Source: an uncultured Chloroflexia bacterium
GTDB lineage: Bacteria; Chloroflexota; Limnocylindria; Limnocylindrales; CSP1-4
Reading direction: 5' to 3'
DNA length: 64,000 nucleotides
NCBI GenBank assembly: GCA_963819655.1
Contig: CAWFXA010000002.1
Location: forward strand, 608,001 to 672,000
The translations under genes and the position numbers were made by a program. Below, in pieces: positions 9,733 to 19,530 of the stretch; position 1 is the stretch's first letter; every line of letters starts with the position of its first letter. The notes beneath the pieces are model-generated. The model worked only from the letters and a program-made list of their open reading frames with translations. It ran no database searches and had not been told where the DNA came from.

Positions 9733-11043
9733 GTGACCGAGCGGACGATCCTCCACGTCGACCTGGATGCTTTCTTCGCAGCGGTCGAGCAACGCGACCG
9801 GCCGGAGCTGCGCGGCAAGCCGGTGATCGTGGGCGGCGTCCCGCCGGGTCGCGGGGTCGTCTCTGCGGCGAGCTACGAGGCGCGTGTCTTCGGCGTCCAC
9901 TCCGCGATGTCGTTGACGGAGGCCGTTCGTCGCTGCCCCGACGGCGTCTTCCTGCCGGTCGACGGACGGCGGTACCAGCAGGCGTCGCGCGATGTGATGG
10001 CGATCCTTCGGCGATTCACGCCGCAGGTCGAGCCGATCTCGATCGACGAGGCGTTCCTGGACGTCACGGGGTCGCGGCCGCTGTTCGGCGAGGGACCGCA
10101 GATCGCGGCGATGATCAAGGCTGCCGTCCGCGACGACGTCGGGTTGACCGCGTCCGTCGGTGTCGCGACGACAAAGCTCGTCGCGAAGATCGCGTCGGAC
10201 TTGCGCAAGCCAGACGGGCTCGTCGTCGTGGCGCCTGGTGACGAGGCGACCTTCCTCGCACCGCTTCCGATCTGGCGGCTCTGGGGCGTCGGCGAGAAGA
10301 CGGCTGCGGTGCTCGCCGAGTACGGCGTGCAGACGATCGGTGACCTCGCCGCGCTCCCGCCCGACCAGCTGACGCGGCGGTTCGGCAAACACGGCGGGTC
10401 GCTGGCGCTGCGGGCGCAGGGCCTCGACGACGACCAGGTCCACGAGGGAGACCCGGCGAAGTCGGTCGGCCACGAGCACACGTTCGATACCGACACCCTG
10501 GACGCGGAGACGATCGAGCGAACGCTGCTCGCCATGAGCGAGGGTGTCGCCGGGCGACTGCGCTCGGCCGGCGTTCGGGCATCGACGATCGCCGTCAAGG
10601 TGCGCGACTCGTCGTTCCGGACCATCACGCGGCAGCGGACGCTGCGCGAGCCGACCGACCTGACCGAGCCGATCTACCGGGCGGCCCTCGAGCTCGCGCG
10701 CCCGGAGGTACGCGGGATCCGCATCCGGCTCCTCGGCGTGACCGCGTCGAACCTCGGCGAGCGCGAGCAGCTGGCGATGTTCGCGGACGAGGATCCGCGG
10801 CGGCGGAAGGCGATCGAGGCCACCGACACGCTGCGGCGCCGGTACGGCTCCGGGGTCGTGACGCGTGGTCGACTTGTCGGGTCGGGCCTGCCGGCCCCGT
10901 TCGAACGCGACCCGCGCAACCCCCTCGACCGCCGTGCGCGGGGCGTCCCGACGGACCCGGACGAGCCGGATCCGGACGCTCCGGGGGCTCGTGACAGCCT
11001 AGCTGACACGGATATCGACGACATTCCTCCCGACGACGCTTGA
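9733..11043 (+). CDS. dinB: Y-family DNA polymerase IV
   Basis: ILHVDLDAFFAAVE, SAASYEAR.FGV, SIDEAFLD, KLVAKIASD; clamp motif QLAMF. Start 9733 or 9721. Confidence 0.95.
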   Translation: MTERTILHVDLDAFFAAVEQRDRPELRGKPVIVGGVPPGRGVVSAASYEARVFGVHSAMSLTEAVRRCPDGVFLPVDGRRYQQASRDVMAILRRFTPQVEPISIDEAFLDVTGSRPLFGEGPQIAAMIKAAVRDDVGLTASVGVATTKLVAKIASDLRKPDGLVVVAPGDEATFLAPLPIWRLWGVGEKTAAVLAEYGVQTIGDLAALPPDQLTRRFGKHGGSLALRAQGLDDDQVHEGDPAKSVGHEHTFDTDTLDAETIERTLLAMSEGVAGRLRSAGVRASTIAVKVRDSSFRTITRQRTLREPTDLTEPIYRAALELARPEVRGIRIRLLGVTASNLGEREQLAMFADEDPRRRKAIEATDTLRRRYGSGVVTRGRLVGSGLPAPFERDPRNPLDRRARGVPTDPDEPDPDAPGARDSLADTDIDDIPPDDA

Positions 11044-11091
11044 CATCGAACGCCTGTTCGGTCTAGTGTCGTGACATCGAACAGATGTTCT
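11040..11091 (+). promoter_or_regulatory. promoter with two tandem SOS boxes
   Basis: TTGACA 11040-11045, CGAACGCCTGTTCG 11047-11060, TAGTGT 11064-11069, CGAACAGATGTTCT 11078-11091. Confidence 0.85.
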
Positions 11092-11244
11092 GTCGGCCGA
11101 GTGCCCAGGTCGACGGCTTACAGACCATCCACTCGGTGCCATCTGGGTGGTCGATGCCAAGGCGGGAACGGGCCGGATCTGCCGGTCTGGGGGACCCGCC
11201 GGCATCGACCGAACCAGGCATCGGGACACGACAAGGAGCCAGAC

Positions 11245-11511
11245 ATGGCATTCATCCGTGTAGAGCCGGTCCCGGTCCACGTCCGCACCGATTGGTTCAG
11301 CGGCCGCCCGCGTGAGATCACGTGGGGCACCGAGCGACTCCCGATCACCCAGCTCTCCGCCATCCGCGAAGAGGCGGCGGCATACCCGGTCATCACCGGC
11401 CCGCGAACGCTGTTCGAGGTACAGACGCCTCGGGCCCGACTGGCTCTCACCTACCAGCACCGTTCGAAGCGCTGGACGGTGACGGCCCTGGACGAGGCAC
11501 GCGCCGCGTAA
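11245..11511 (+). CDS. 88-aa putative SOS-regulated protein, DUF6504/ImuB-C-like
   Basis: AAGGAG RBS; GRPREITWG...RTLFEV...LTYQHRSKRWTVTALD pattern. Confidence 0.7.
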   Translation: MAFIRVEPVPVHVRTDWFSGRPREITWGTERLPITQLSAIREEAAAYPVITGPRTLFEVQTPRARLALTYQHRSKRWTVTALDEARAA

Positions 11512-11698
11512 CCCGATCCTTCGAGCCGGCGGCGGAACCCTCCCCCGACTGCCGGCAGCCACGTCGGTAGGGGCGGAGGCGCCGGTACCGCCTCCGCCCC
11601 CTCGACGCCGCCCGCTGGATCCGCCGATGCCGGCGTTGTCGGCTGCGCCGCCACCGAGCGGCGCGCGAAGGTTGCAGGCGGCAACCTACAATCGCGCG

Positions 11699-12376
11699 GT
11701 GCATCCCACCGAACCTGCGGGTCGCTTTCGCGACCTGTCCCTCGATGACTTCACGGAGCGTCTCGCGTCGGCGGAGCCGGTCCCTGGCGGGGGCAGTGCG
11801 TCGGCCGTCGCCGCGGCCCTCGGGGCGAGCCTCGTGGCGATGGTAGGCTCGCTGACGTCCGGCAAGCCCAAGTACGCCGAACACGAGCCGATGTTGGCCT
11901 GGGCGATCGAAACCGGACGTCGCCTGTCGGACCTCTTCCTGACCCTGGCCGATGACGACGCCGTCGCGTTTGCCCGGTTTTCGGCGGCCATGAAGATGCC
12001 ACGCGACACCCCGGACGAGATCGCTGCGCGGACTGCCGCCATGCAGGCTGCCGCACGACGCGCCTCGGAGGTGCCGCTCACCTGCGTCGAGGCGTGTCTC
12101 GAGCTTCTCGGCGTGGCCGAGGCCCTGGCCGGGCGCAGCAATCCGAACGCGGCGAGCGATGTCGACGTGGCCGCGCTGCTGGGTGAAGCGGCTGCCAGAG
12201 GGGCCGCGGCGAACGTGCTGATCAACCTGCCGTCGACCGGGGACCCGGAGTTCCAGGGGACGATGATGGATCGGGTCGCCGAGCTCCTCGGGGCCATCGA
12301 CGATCTCGCGTCGCAGACCCACCAGGCCGTTGCGAGCGAACCCCGCGATCCGCTCGAGCGGGCCGGACCCGCGTGA
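11699..12376 (+). CDS. fchA: formiminotetrahydrofolate cyclodeaminase / methenyl-THF cyclohydrolase (FTCD C-terminal family)
   Basis: LASAEPVPGGGSASA...LVAMV; NPNAASD; NVLINL. Confidence 0.88.
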   Translation: MHPTEPAGRFRDLSLDDFTERLASAEPVPGGGSASAVAAALGASLVAMVGSLTSGKPKYAEHEPMLAWAIETGRRLSDLFLTLADDDAVAFARFSAAMKMPRDTPDEIAARTAAMQAAARRASEVPLTCVEACLELLGVAEALAGRSNPNAASDVDVAALLGEAAARGAAANVLINLPSTGDPEFQGTMMDRVAELLGAIDDLASQTHQAVASEPRDPLERAGPA

Positions 12377-13269
12377 TCGACGCCTCGACGGGCACCGCGC
12401 GACTGCTCGAGGGCGGCCCGATCGCCGCCGAGATCCGCGCCGCCGTCGCCGAGGACGTCGTCTCGTTCACGGCGCAACAGGGTCGGCCGCCGGGACTGGC
12501 GGTCGTGATCATCGGGCGCGACGCGCCATCGACCGTCTACCTGGAACAGATCCTTCGCGGCTGCGCCAAGGTCGGCATCGACGCCCGTTTCGTCGAGCTC
12601 GAGGGGGAAGCGACGGAGGCGTCGGTCGTGGAGGTCATCCGCACCGTCAACGCCGATCCGACGGTCGATGGCGTGATCGTCCAGATGCCGCTGCCGCCGA
12701 CGATCCGACTCCGCGCTGTCATCGACGCGATCGACCCCGACAAGGACATCGACGGCATCCATCCGCTCAACGCCGGCCTGCTCCGGCTCGGCTACGACGG
12801 CTTCCTGCCGGCCACGGCGCACGCCGCGGTCGAGATCCTGCGCCGCACGGGGATCGAGATCGCCGGCAAGGACGCGCTCGTCATCGGTCGCTCCGCCGTC
12901 GTCGGGATGCCGGTGGCCTTCCTGCTCGTCAAGGAGGACGCGACCGTCACGGTGAGCCACACGCGCACGCGAGATCTCCCGGGACACGTTCGCCGCGCGG
13001 ACATCGTCGTCGTCGCGGCCGGACATCCGGGTCTCGTCGAAGGGCCGATGCTCAAACCCGGTGCGGTCGTCGTCGACGTGGGGATCAACGTGGTCGATGG
13101 CCACATCCGCGGCGACGTCGATTTCGAGGGCGCGCGGCAGGTGGCGTCGGCCATCACGCCGGTGCCCGGCGGCGTCGGCCCGCTGACGAACGCGCTCCTG
13201 CTGACCCACCTCATCCGCGCGGCCGAACGCCAGGCCGCTGCGCGTCGATCGACCTTGGAGGATCGATGA
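12373..13269 (+). CDS. folD: methylene-THF dehydrogenase/cyclohydrolase
   Basis: DGVIVQMPLP, KDIDGIHP, IGRSAVVGMP, ITPVPGGVGP. Confidence 0.95.
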   Translation: MIDASTGTARLLEGGPIAAEIRAAVAEDVVSFTAQQGRPPGLAVVIIGRDAPSTVYLEQILRGCAKVGIDARFVELEGEATEASVVEVIRTVNADPTVDGVIVQMPLPPTIRLRAVIDAIDPDKDIDGIHPLNAGLLRLGYDGFLPATAHAAVEILRRTGIEIAGKDALVIGRSAVVGMPVAFLLVKEDATVTVSHTRTRDLPGHVRRADIVVVAAGHPGLVEGPMLKPGAVVVDVGINVVDGHIRGDVDFEGARQVASAITPVPGGVGPLTNALLLTHLIRAAERQAAARRSTLEDR

Positions 13270-14972
13270 GCTTCCCGTCCGACCTGGCTATCGCCCGGTC
13301 CGTCACGCCGCGGCCGATCGTCGACATCGCCGCGGAACTGGGCATCCGCCCCGACGAGCTCGAGCTGTACGGGCCGACGAAGGCCAAGGTGACGCTCGAG
13401 GCCATCACGCGGCTGGAGGCGGAACGGCCGCGGGGCAAGTACGTGGTCGTGACGGCCATCACGCCGACGCCCCTCGGCGAGGGGAAGTCAACCACCACGG
13501 TCGGGCTCGCGCAAGGCCTCAACAGGATCGGCCGCAGGGCGTCGGTCAACATCCGCCAGCCGTCGCTCGGGCCGGTCTTCGGGATCAAGGGCGGGGCAGC
13601 CGGTGGGGGCTACAGCCAGGTCATCCCGATGGAGGACTTCAACCTCCACCTGACTGGTGACGTCCACGCGATCGGGGCGGCGCACAACCTGGGCGCCGCG
13701 TTCATCGATAACAGCCTCCACCACAAGAACCCGCTCGGCATCGACCCGCACGGGATCCTGTGGCCGCGCGTCGTCGACATCAGCGATCGCGCGCTCCGGC
13801 ATGTCGTGATCGGCCTCGGCGGTCGCGAGGACGGCGTCCCCCGCGAGACCGAGTTCGTCATTACGGTCGCGTCGGAAGTGATGGCCGTCCTCGCACTCGC
13901 GACCGACCTGTTCGACCTGCGCACCCGACTCGGGCGGATGGTGCTCGCGACACGCATGGACGGCTCGCCGGTCACCGCCGAGGACCTGGGCGTGGCCGGC
14001 TCGATGACGGTCCTCCTGCGCGATGCGATCAAGCCGAACCTCCTCCAGACTCTGGAGGGCGGACCGGCGTTCGTCCACTGCGGCCCGTTCGGCAACATCG
14101 CCCACGGCAACAACTCGATCATCGCCGACCGGCTCGCCCTCGTGACCAACGACATCGTCTGCACCGAGGCGGGCTTCGGGTCGGACATGGGTGCCGAGAA
14201 GTTCTTCGACATCAAGTGCCGGGCGTCCGGGCTCGCCCCCGACGCGGCCGTGGTGGTCGCCACGGTCCGGGCGCTCAAGATGCACGGTGGCGTCGGCAAG
14301 ATCGTGGCCGGCAAGCCGCTCGACCCGGCCCTGCTCGAGGAGAACGTCGAGGCGGTGCGGACCGGGTCGTCGAACCTGGCCGCGCACATCGGGATCGTCC
14401 GGAGGTTCGGCATCCCGGCGGTCGTGGCGATCAACGCATTCCCCACCGACACGCCGGCCGAGGTCGAGGCGATCAGGGAGGTGGCACTCGCCGCCGGCGC
14501 CCGGGACGCGGTGGTCGCCACCCATTTCGCCGATGGCGGTGCCGGCGCGACCGATCTCGCCGAGGCGGTCTGGGCGGCGACCGAAGACCCCTCGCGCGCG
14601 TTCCGGTTGCTCTATCCCGACGAGGCGCCGCTCGGCGAAAAGATCCTGACCATCGTCAAGGAGATCTACGGCGGCAACGGCATCGAGCTCACACCGGCCG
14701 CCCAGAAGTCGCTGAAGCTCTACGAATCGATGGGCTTCGGCCACCTCCCGATATGCATGGCCAAGACCCAGTATTCGATCAGCCACGACGCGGCGTTGAA
14801 GGGCGCGCCGTCCGGCTTCACGGTGCCGATTCGCGAGATCCGGCTGTCGGCCGGCGCCGGCTTCGTGACGCCCCTGTGCGGCGAGATGCGCACGATGCCG
14901 GGTCTGCCGTCCAGGCCGGGCGGCGAGAAGATCGATATCGACGCGGACGGGAACGTCGTCGGGCTGTTCTAG
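13266..14972 (+). CDS. fhs: formate--tetrahydrofolate ligase
   Basis: TPTPLGEGKSTTT, GIKGGAAGGGYSQV, HCGPFGNIAHG, TEAGFG, MAKTQYS, TMPGLP. Confidence 0.98.
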   Translation: MSFPSDLAIARSVTPRPIVDIAAELGIRPDELELYGPTKAKVTLEAITRLEAERPRGKYVVVTAITPTPLGEGKSTTTVGLAQGLNRIGRRASVNIRQPSLGPVFGIKGGAAGGGYSQVIPMEDFNLHLTGDVHAIGAAHNLGAAFIDNSLHHKNPLGIDPHGILWPRVVDISDRALRHVVIGLGGREDGVPRETEFVITVASEVMAVLALATDLFDLRTRLGRMVLATRMDGSPVTAEDLGVAGSMTVLLRDAIKPNLLQTLEGGPAFVHCGPFGNIAHGNNSIIADRLALVTNDIVCTEAGFGSDMGAEKFFDIKCRASGLAPDAAVVVATVRALKMHGGVGKIVAGKPLDPALLEENVEAVRTGSSNLAAHIGIVRRFGIPAVVAINAFPTDTPAEVEAIREVALAAGARDAVVATHFADGGAGATDLAEAVWAATEDPSRAFRLLYPDEAPLGEKILTIVKEIYGGNGIELTPAAQKSLKLYESMGFGHLPICMAKTQYSISHDAALKGAPSGFTVPIREIRLSAGAGFVTPLCGEMRTMPGLPSRPGGEKIDIDADGNVVGLF

Positions 14973-15607
14973 TCCTTGCGGGCGCGCGTCCGTCGCAGCA
15001 CGCCGACGACCCCGATGACCAGGCCGATGCCGAAGATCGCGAGCGCGAACGGGGCCACGGCCTCGATCATCGAGGCGGGAGCCGCCGGAGCGGCGGACGG
15101 ACTCGGCGCAGACGAAGGCGCCGCCGGCGGGCTGGGTGCACTCGGGGGGTCGGTCGCACTCGGCTGCACGCCGCCGAAGGTCTGGTTCGCCTCCGCCAGC
15201 ATCGCCTGGCCCTCCTGGGTCGCGAGTGATGCGTGCGGGCTGCACAACCCGACGGAGTACATGTCCTCCGCGCGGTACGCGATGAAGATGTACTCGGCCC
15301 CGACGGGCAGCGGTGGGACCGAGCAATCGGCTCCCCCGCCGACGAGACTGAACCCGCCCGGATGCAGCCACACCCGCGGCTCGATGATCCCTCCGCCCTT
15401 GAACCACCGGGTGACGGTGACGGGGTACCCGCGTCCGTCGCGCGGATCGACGATGCCGGTAAAGACCACTGCATCGGGCTGGGCCGCGGAATCCGCCATC
15501 GAGATCATCGCGCACGAGCACGCGACAGCCGCCCGTGGCATAGCCAGACCCGCGAGTGCCAGCCCGACCACGAAAAGGAGCAGCGTGGCGGGATTCGGTC
15601 GACGCAT
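14969..15607 (-). CDS. secreted, C-terminally membrane-anchored protein with N-terminal CSC motif
   Basis: Signal peptide ending AVA-CSC, Pro/Ala linker, TM helix and basic tail. Confidence 0.7.
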   Translation of the reverse strand: MRRPNPATLLLFVVGLALAGLAMPRAAVACSCAMISMADSAAQPDAVVFTGIVDPRDGRGYPVTVTRWFKGGGIIEPRVWLHPGGFSLVGGGADCSVPPLPVGAEYIFIAYRAEDMYSVGLCSPHASLATQEGQAMLAEANQTFGGVQPSATDPPSAPSPPAAPSSAPSPSAAPAAPASMIEAVAPFALAIFGIGLVIGVVGVLRRTRARKD

Positions 15608-15651
15608 ACCCGGATGACGCCGGGGCTCGCGAGGAAGTTGCGCGGCGGCCC

Positions 15652-15804
15652 TCAGATCGTCGTCCGAGTTGCCAGGGCGAACGCCCACGCTACCGCGAGG
15701 CCGAGCACGACCCCGAGTGCTCCCGCGCCCCAGGCATACACGTCGATCGGGCCGAGCGGGTCGGTGTCGTCGTGGGCGTGGTCATCGTGGCTGTCGGTCG
15801 TCAT
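15652..15804 (-). CDS. 50-aa His/Asp-rich single-TM small protein
   Basis: Own translation MTTDSHDDHAHDDTDPLGPIDVYAWGAGALGVVLGLAVAWAFALATRTTI; fills an intergenic gap. Confidence 0.65.
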   Translation of the reverse strand: MTTDSHDDHAHDDTDPLGPIDVYAWGAGALGVVLGLAVAWAFALATRTTI

Positions 15805-15863
15805 CTCCCGCGCATTGTCGCAGACACCCTAAGGGCCCTGGGGCTCAGTAGACTCCGGCGGTC

Positions 15864-17156
15864 ATGACCGATCCAAACGCCACGGGCGGATCCCGGGTGG
15901 ACCCGTCGCTTCTCGCCAGCCTGCGCGATCTCGGACCCGACGGTCGGATCCTGTTCACGCTCCGGACCATGCGGATGTTCGGGTACGGCTTTCTGGCCGT
16001 CGTTCTCGTCCTGTATCTGGCCGCAGCAGGCCTCGAGCCGCTGGCGGTCGGGGCGGTCCTGACCCTGACACTGCTGGGCGACACGGTCGTCTCGCTGTGG
16101 CTCACGACCCACGCCGACAGGCTCGGGCGCCGACGCGTGCTGATCATCAGCTCCCTGCTGGTCGTCGTCGCCGGCGTGGTGTTCGCCGCGACCGACTGGC
16201 TGCCGCTGCTCATCCTCGCGGGCGTCATCGGGGTCATCTCGCCCACCGGCAACGAGGTCGGGCCATTCCTCGCCGTCGAGCAGTCCGCACTCAGCGAGGT
16301 GGTGTCGGGCAGGCGTCGGACCGCGGTCTTCGCCTGGTACAACCTCGTCGGCTATATCGCGACCGCGACCGGTGCGCTCGGGGCCGGACTGCTCGGCCAG
16401 ATGCTCATCGAGGCAGGCTTGCCCGAGCTCGATGCGTATCGCGCCGTCGTCGTGGCCTATGCGGGTATCGGACTGGCGATGGCCGCCGTCGCCTCGCGCC
16501 TCGGGCCCGGGATCGAGGTACCAAGGTCCGCGGCCGCGGCGGATGACGGCATCACCCGGCGCCTGGGTCTCGGTCGTTCGAGGTCGGTCGTGCTGCGGCT
16601 TTCCGCGTTGTTCTCGATCGACGCGTTCGCGGGCGGCTTCATCCCGCAGAGCCTGATGGCGTACTGGTTCAGCCTGACGTTCGGCGTCGGCCCGGCCGAG
16701 CTGGGAGCGATCTTCTTCGCGGCCAATCTCCTGGCCGCCGTCTCGTCGCTGTCGGCTGCCCGGATCGCGGCACGGATCGGCCTGATCCGGACGATGGTCT
16801 TCACGCACTTGCCGTCGAACGTGCTGCTGATGCTCGTCCCGCTCATGCCGACGCTCCCGCTCGCGGTCGCGGTCCTGCTGCTCCGTTTCAGCCTGAGCCA
16901 GATGGACGTCCCGACCCGGCAGTCGTACGTGATGGCGGTGGTCGACCCGGACGAGCGGTCCGCGGCCGCCGGCGTGACGGGCATCGCGCGAACGGTCGGT
17001 GCGTCGATCTCGCCGTCGATCTCGAGTGTCCTCGTCGCCAGCGCGGGGACTGCTGCGCTCCCGTTCTACCTGGCCGGCGGCCTGAAGATCCTGTACGACC
17101 TGCTGATCTACCGCGACTTCCGCGCCGTGCGACCGAAGGAGGAGGTGGGCGGCTAG
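15864..17156 (+). CDS. MFS transporter
   Basis: ADRLGRRRVL motif A; 12 TM segments. Confidence 0.92.
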   Translation: MTDPNATGGSRVDPSLLASLRDLGPDGRILFTLRTMRMFGYGFLAVVLVLYLAAAGLEPLAVGAVLTLTLLGDTVVSLWLTTHADRLGRRRVLIISSLLVVVAGVVFAATDWLPLLILAGVIGVISPTGNEVGPFLAVEQSALSEVVSGRRRTAVFAWYNLVGYIATATGALGAGLLGQMLIEAGLPELDAYRAVVVAYAGIGLAMAAVASRLGPGIEVPRSAAAADDGITRRLGLGRSRSVVLRLSALFSIDAFAGGFIPQSLMAYWFSLTFGVGPAELGAIFFAANLLAAVSSLSAARIAARIGLIRTMVFTHLPSNVLLMLVPLMPTLPLAVAVLLLRFSLSQMDVPTRQSYVMAVVDPDERSAAAGVTGIARTVGASISPSISSVLVASAGTAALPFYLAGGLKILYDLLIYRDFRAVRPKEEVGG

Positions 17157-17221
17157 GCGCTCGCTGGGCGGCTACGTGCCTTGCCGGGCGGCTAGGTGCT
17201 CGGCGGGCGTCAGGTGCTGGC
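17147..17221. repeat. degenerate ~19-bp tandem repeat, GGGCGGCTA core
   Basis: Units start at 17147, 17166, 17186 and (degenerate) 17205, between convergent genes. Confidence 0.5.
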
Positions 17222-17884
17222 GCGGCTGAACCAGCGCGGCTTGATGATGCGCAACCAGATCCAGGCGAGGATCAGGAGCAGCAGGACGGCGAGGATCGCG
17301 TACTCGAACTGCTTGATCACGGCGCCGACCGATTCCCAGTTGGCACCGAGCTGGACGCCCGCGAAGACCAGCAGCGCGGTGAACGGCAGGGAGCCGAGGA
17401 ACGTGAACACGATGAAGCGCCCCAGCGGCATGCGCGCGACCCCGGCCGCGAACGACACGAGGGACCGGATGACCGGCACCATGCGCCCGAAGAAGCTGGC
17501 CGCCTCGCCGTAGCGCGCGAAGAACGCCTCCGCGCGATCGAGATCCGCCCCGGAGATGCCGACGAAACGGCCCCACCGCTCGATGATGGGCCGGCCGCCC
17601 CACGCACCGATCGCGTATGCGATGACCGCTCCGACGGTGGCGCCGATCGTCCCGGCCAGAACGACCAGCCAGTACGACCACGGCTGTCCGGTGAGCGGCT
17701 CGACCGCATCGCCCGTCCCCACCAGGAAGCCGGCGAACGGAAGCACGAGCTCCGACGGGATCGGGATGATGACGCTCTCGATCGCGACCCAGAGCGCGAC
17801 CCCGAGATAGCCCACGGCGTCATAGATCTGGGTGACCAGGTCTCGCACCGGACCGTTCAGGAAGTCGAACACGGCCGGGAGCAT
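17210..17884 (-). CDS. DedA family protein
   Basis: ESVIIPIPSELVLPFAG; FFGRMVPVIRSLVSFAAG. Confidence 0.93.
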   Translation of the reverse strand: MLPAVFDFLNGPVRDLVTQIYDAVGYLGVALWVAIESVIIPIPSELVLPFAGFLVGTGDAVEPLTGQPWSYWLVVLAGTIGATVGAVIAYAIGAWGGRPIIERWGRFVGISGADLDRAEAFFARYGEAASFFGRMVPVIRSLVSFAAGVARMPLGRFIVFTFLGSLPFTALLVFAGVQLGANWESVGAVIKQFEYAILAVLLLLILAWIWLRIIKPRWFSRAST

Positions 17885-17904
17885 AGCGGACTATCCTCGG
17901 CGTC

Positions 17905-19516
17905 GTGACCGACCCTATCGTCCTGACGGGTGCCGATCTGTCGATCGCCGATGTCGAGGCGGCTGCCCGACATGGGGCCCCGGTCCGGCTCGACGAGGCG
18001 GCGCGCGGCCGGATGCAGGAGGCGCGCGACGTCATCGATTCCCTGGTCGCCGAGGGTGCCGTCGTCTACGGCGTGACCACCGGGTTCGGCGACCTAGCGA
18101 CGACGTTCATCGAGCCGAGCCACGCGGGCCGACTCCAGGAGAACCTCCTGATGAGTCATGCCGCCGGCGTCGGGCGGCCGTTCCCGCGCGAGGTCGTCCG
18201 GGCGATGCTGCTCCTGCGCGCGAACACGCTGGCGCTCGGGCACAGCGGCTGCCGGCCCCTGCTTGGTCGACCGGTTGTTGGCGTTCCTCGAAAAGGGCAT
18301 CCACCCGGTCGTCCCGGAGCAGGGGAGCCTTGGGGCGTCGGGAGACCTGGCGCCGCTTGCGCACCTCGCCCTGCCGCTGATCGGACGCGGCGAGGTGGAG
18401 GTCGATGGTCGTGTCGTCCAGGCCGGGGAGGCCCTGGCAGCAGCCGGGCTGGAGCCGTTGGAGCTCGAGGCGAAGGAAGGGCTCGCGCTCCTCAACGGCA
18501 CCCAGATGATGGGCGCGCTGGCCGCGTTGTTCCTGGCCGACGCGGACCGCCTGGTCCGCACGGCCAGCGTCGCGGCAGCGCAGTCCGTCGAGGCGCTGCT
18601 CGGCACGGACGTCGCATTCGCCGCGGCCTACCAACTGGCGCGACCGCATCCCGGGCAGGTCGCCGTCGCGGCCGAGATGCGCCACCTCCTCCGCGACAGC
18701 GGCCTGCAGCAGGCCCATCACGGCTCCACCCACAAGGTCCAGGACCCGTACTCGCTCCGTTGCGTCCCGCAGGTACACGGCGCCGTGCGCGATGCGCTCG
18801 ATCAGCTCCGGCGCGTGCTCGACATCGAGCTCAACTCGGCCACCGACAACCCGCTTGTCTTTCCGGGCGGCGGGGTCGCCGACCCGGGGGCCATCGCGAC
18901 CGGCGGCGGCCAGGTCATCAGCGGCGGCAACTTCCACGGCGAGCCGCTGGCGCTGGTCCTCGACTACGCGAAGCTCGCGATCGCCGAGCTCGGCTCGATC
19001 AGCGAGCGCCGGATGGCGTTACTCGTGGATCCGCGGCTGAACGGCGGGCTCTCCCCGTTCCTCGCAGCCTCATCGGGGGTCGAGTCGGGGATGATGATCT
19101 ACCAGTACACGGCCGCCGCCCTCGTCTCGGAGCACAAGGTCCTCGCCCACCCCGCGTCGGTGGATTCGATCCCGACGTCCGCCAACCAGGAGGACCACGT
19201 CTCGATGGGCTCGATCGCGGCGCGCCACGCGCGCGCCGTCCTCGAGGGGGTCGAGCGGATCGTGGCGATCGAGCTGGTCATCGGCGCCCAGGCGCTCGAC
19301 CTGCGACTCGCATCGATGGCGCACGGGGGCGAGGCGGCTCCGGCGCCGGGTGGCGGGGTGGCCGAGGCTCATGCGCGGATCCGTTCCCGCATACGGCACC
19401 TCGATCGCGACCGCGAGCCCGGGCCGGACCTGGTCGCCGCGACTGCGCTCGTCCACGAGGGTGCGCTGGTGGATCTGGCGGGACCCGGCGACTCCTCCGG
19501 AACAGGGCGCAGCTGA
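17905..19516 (+). CDS. hutH: histidine ammonia-lyase with a +1 frameshift near 18256-18266 (artefact or pseudogene)
   Basis: VYGVTTGFG in the first frame; GSLGASGDLAPL (MIO), KEGLALLNGT, QDPYSLRC, GGNFHG, NQEDHVSMG in the second. Confidence 0.9.
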
Positions 19517-19530
19517 CCCGAGACTGACGC

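Noticed and set aside
11100-11120. Minus-strand AAGCCGTCGACCTGGGCAC resembles the ZTP riboswitch 3' hairpin, near folate genes
   Set aside because: Wrong strand for fchA-folD-fhs, and no GACUG-containing 5' domain upstream
13266-14972. fhs as a Wood-Ljungdahl marker
   Set aside because: Context is histidine and folate metabolism; no acs, cooS or metF in the window
17147-17221. Short tandem repeats as a CRISPR array
   Set aside because: No unique spacers, units too short, no cas genes
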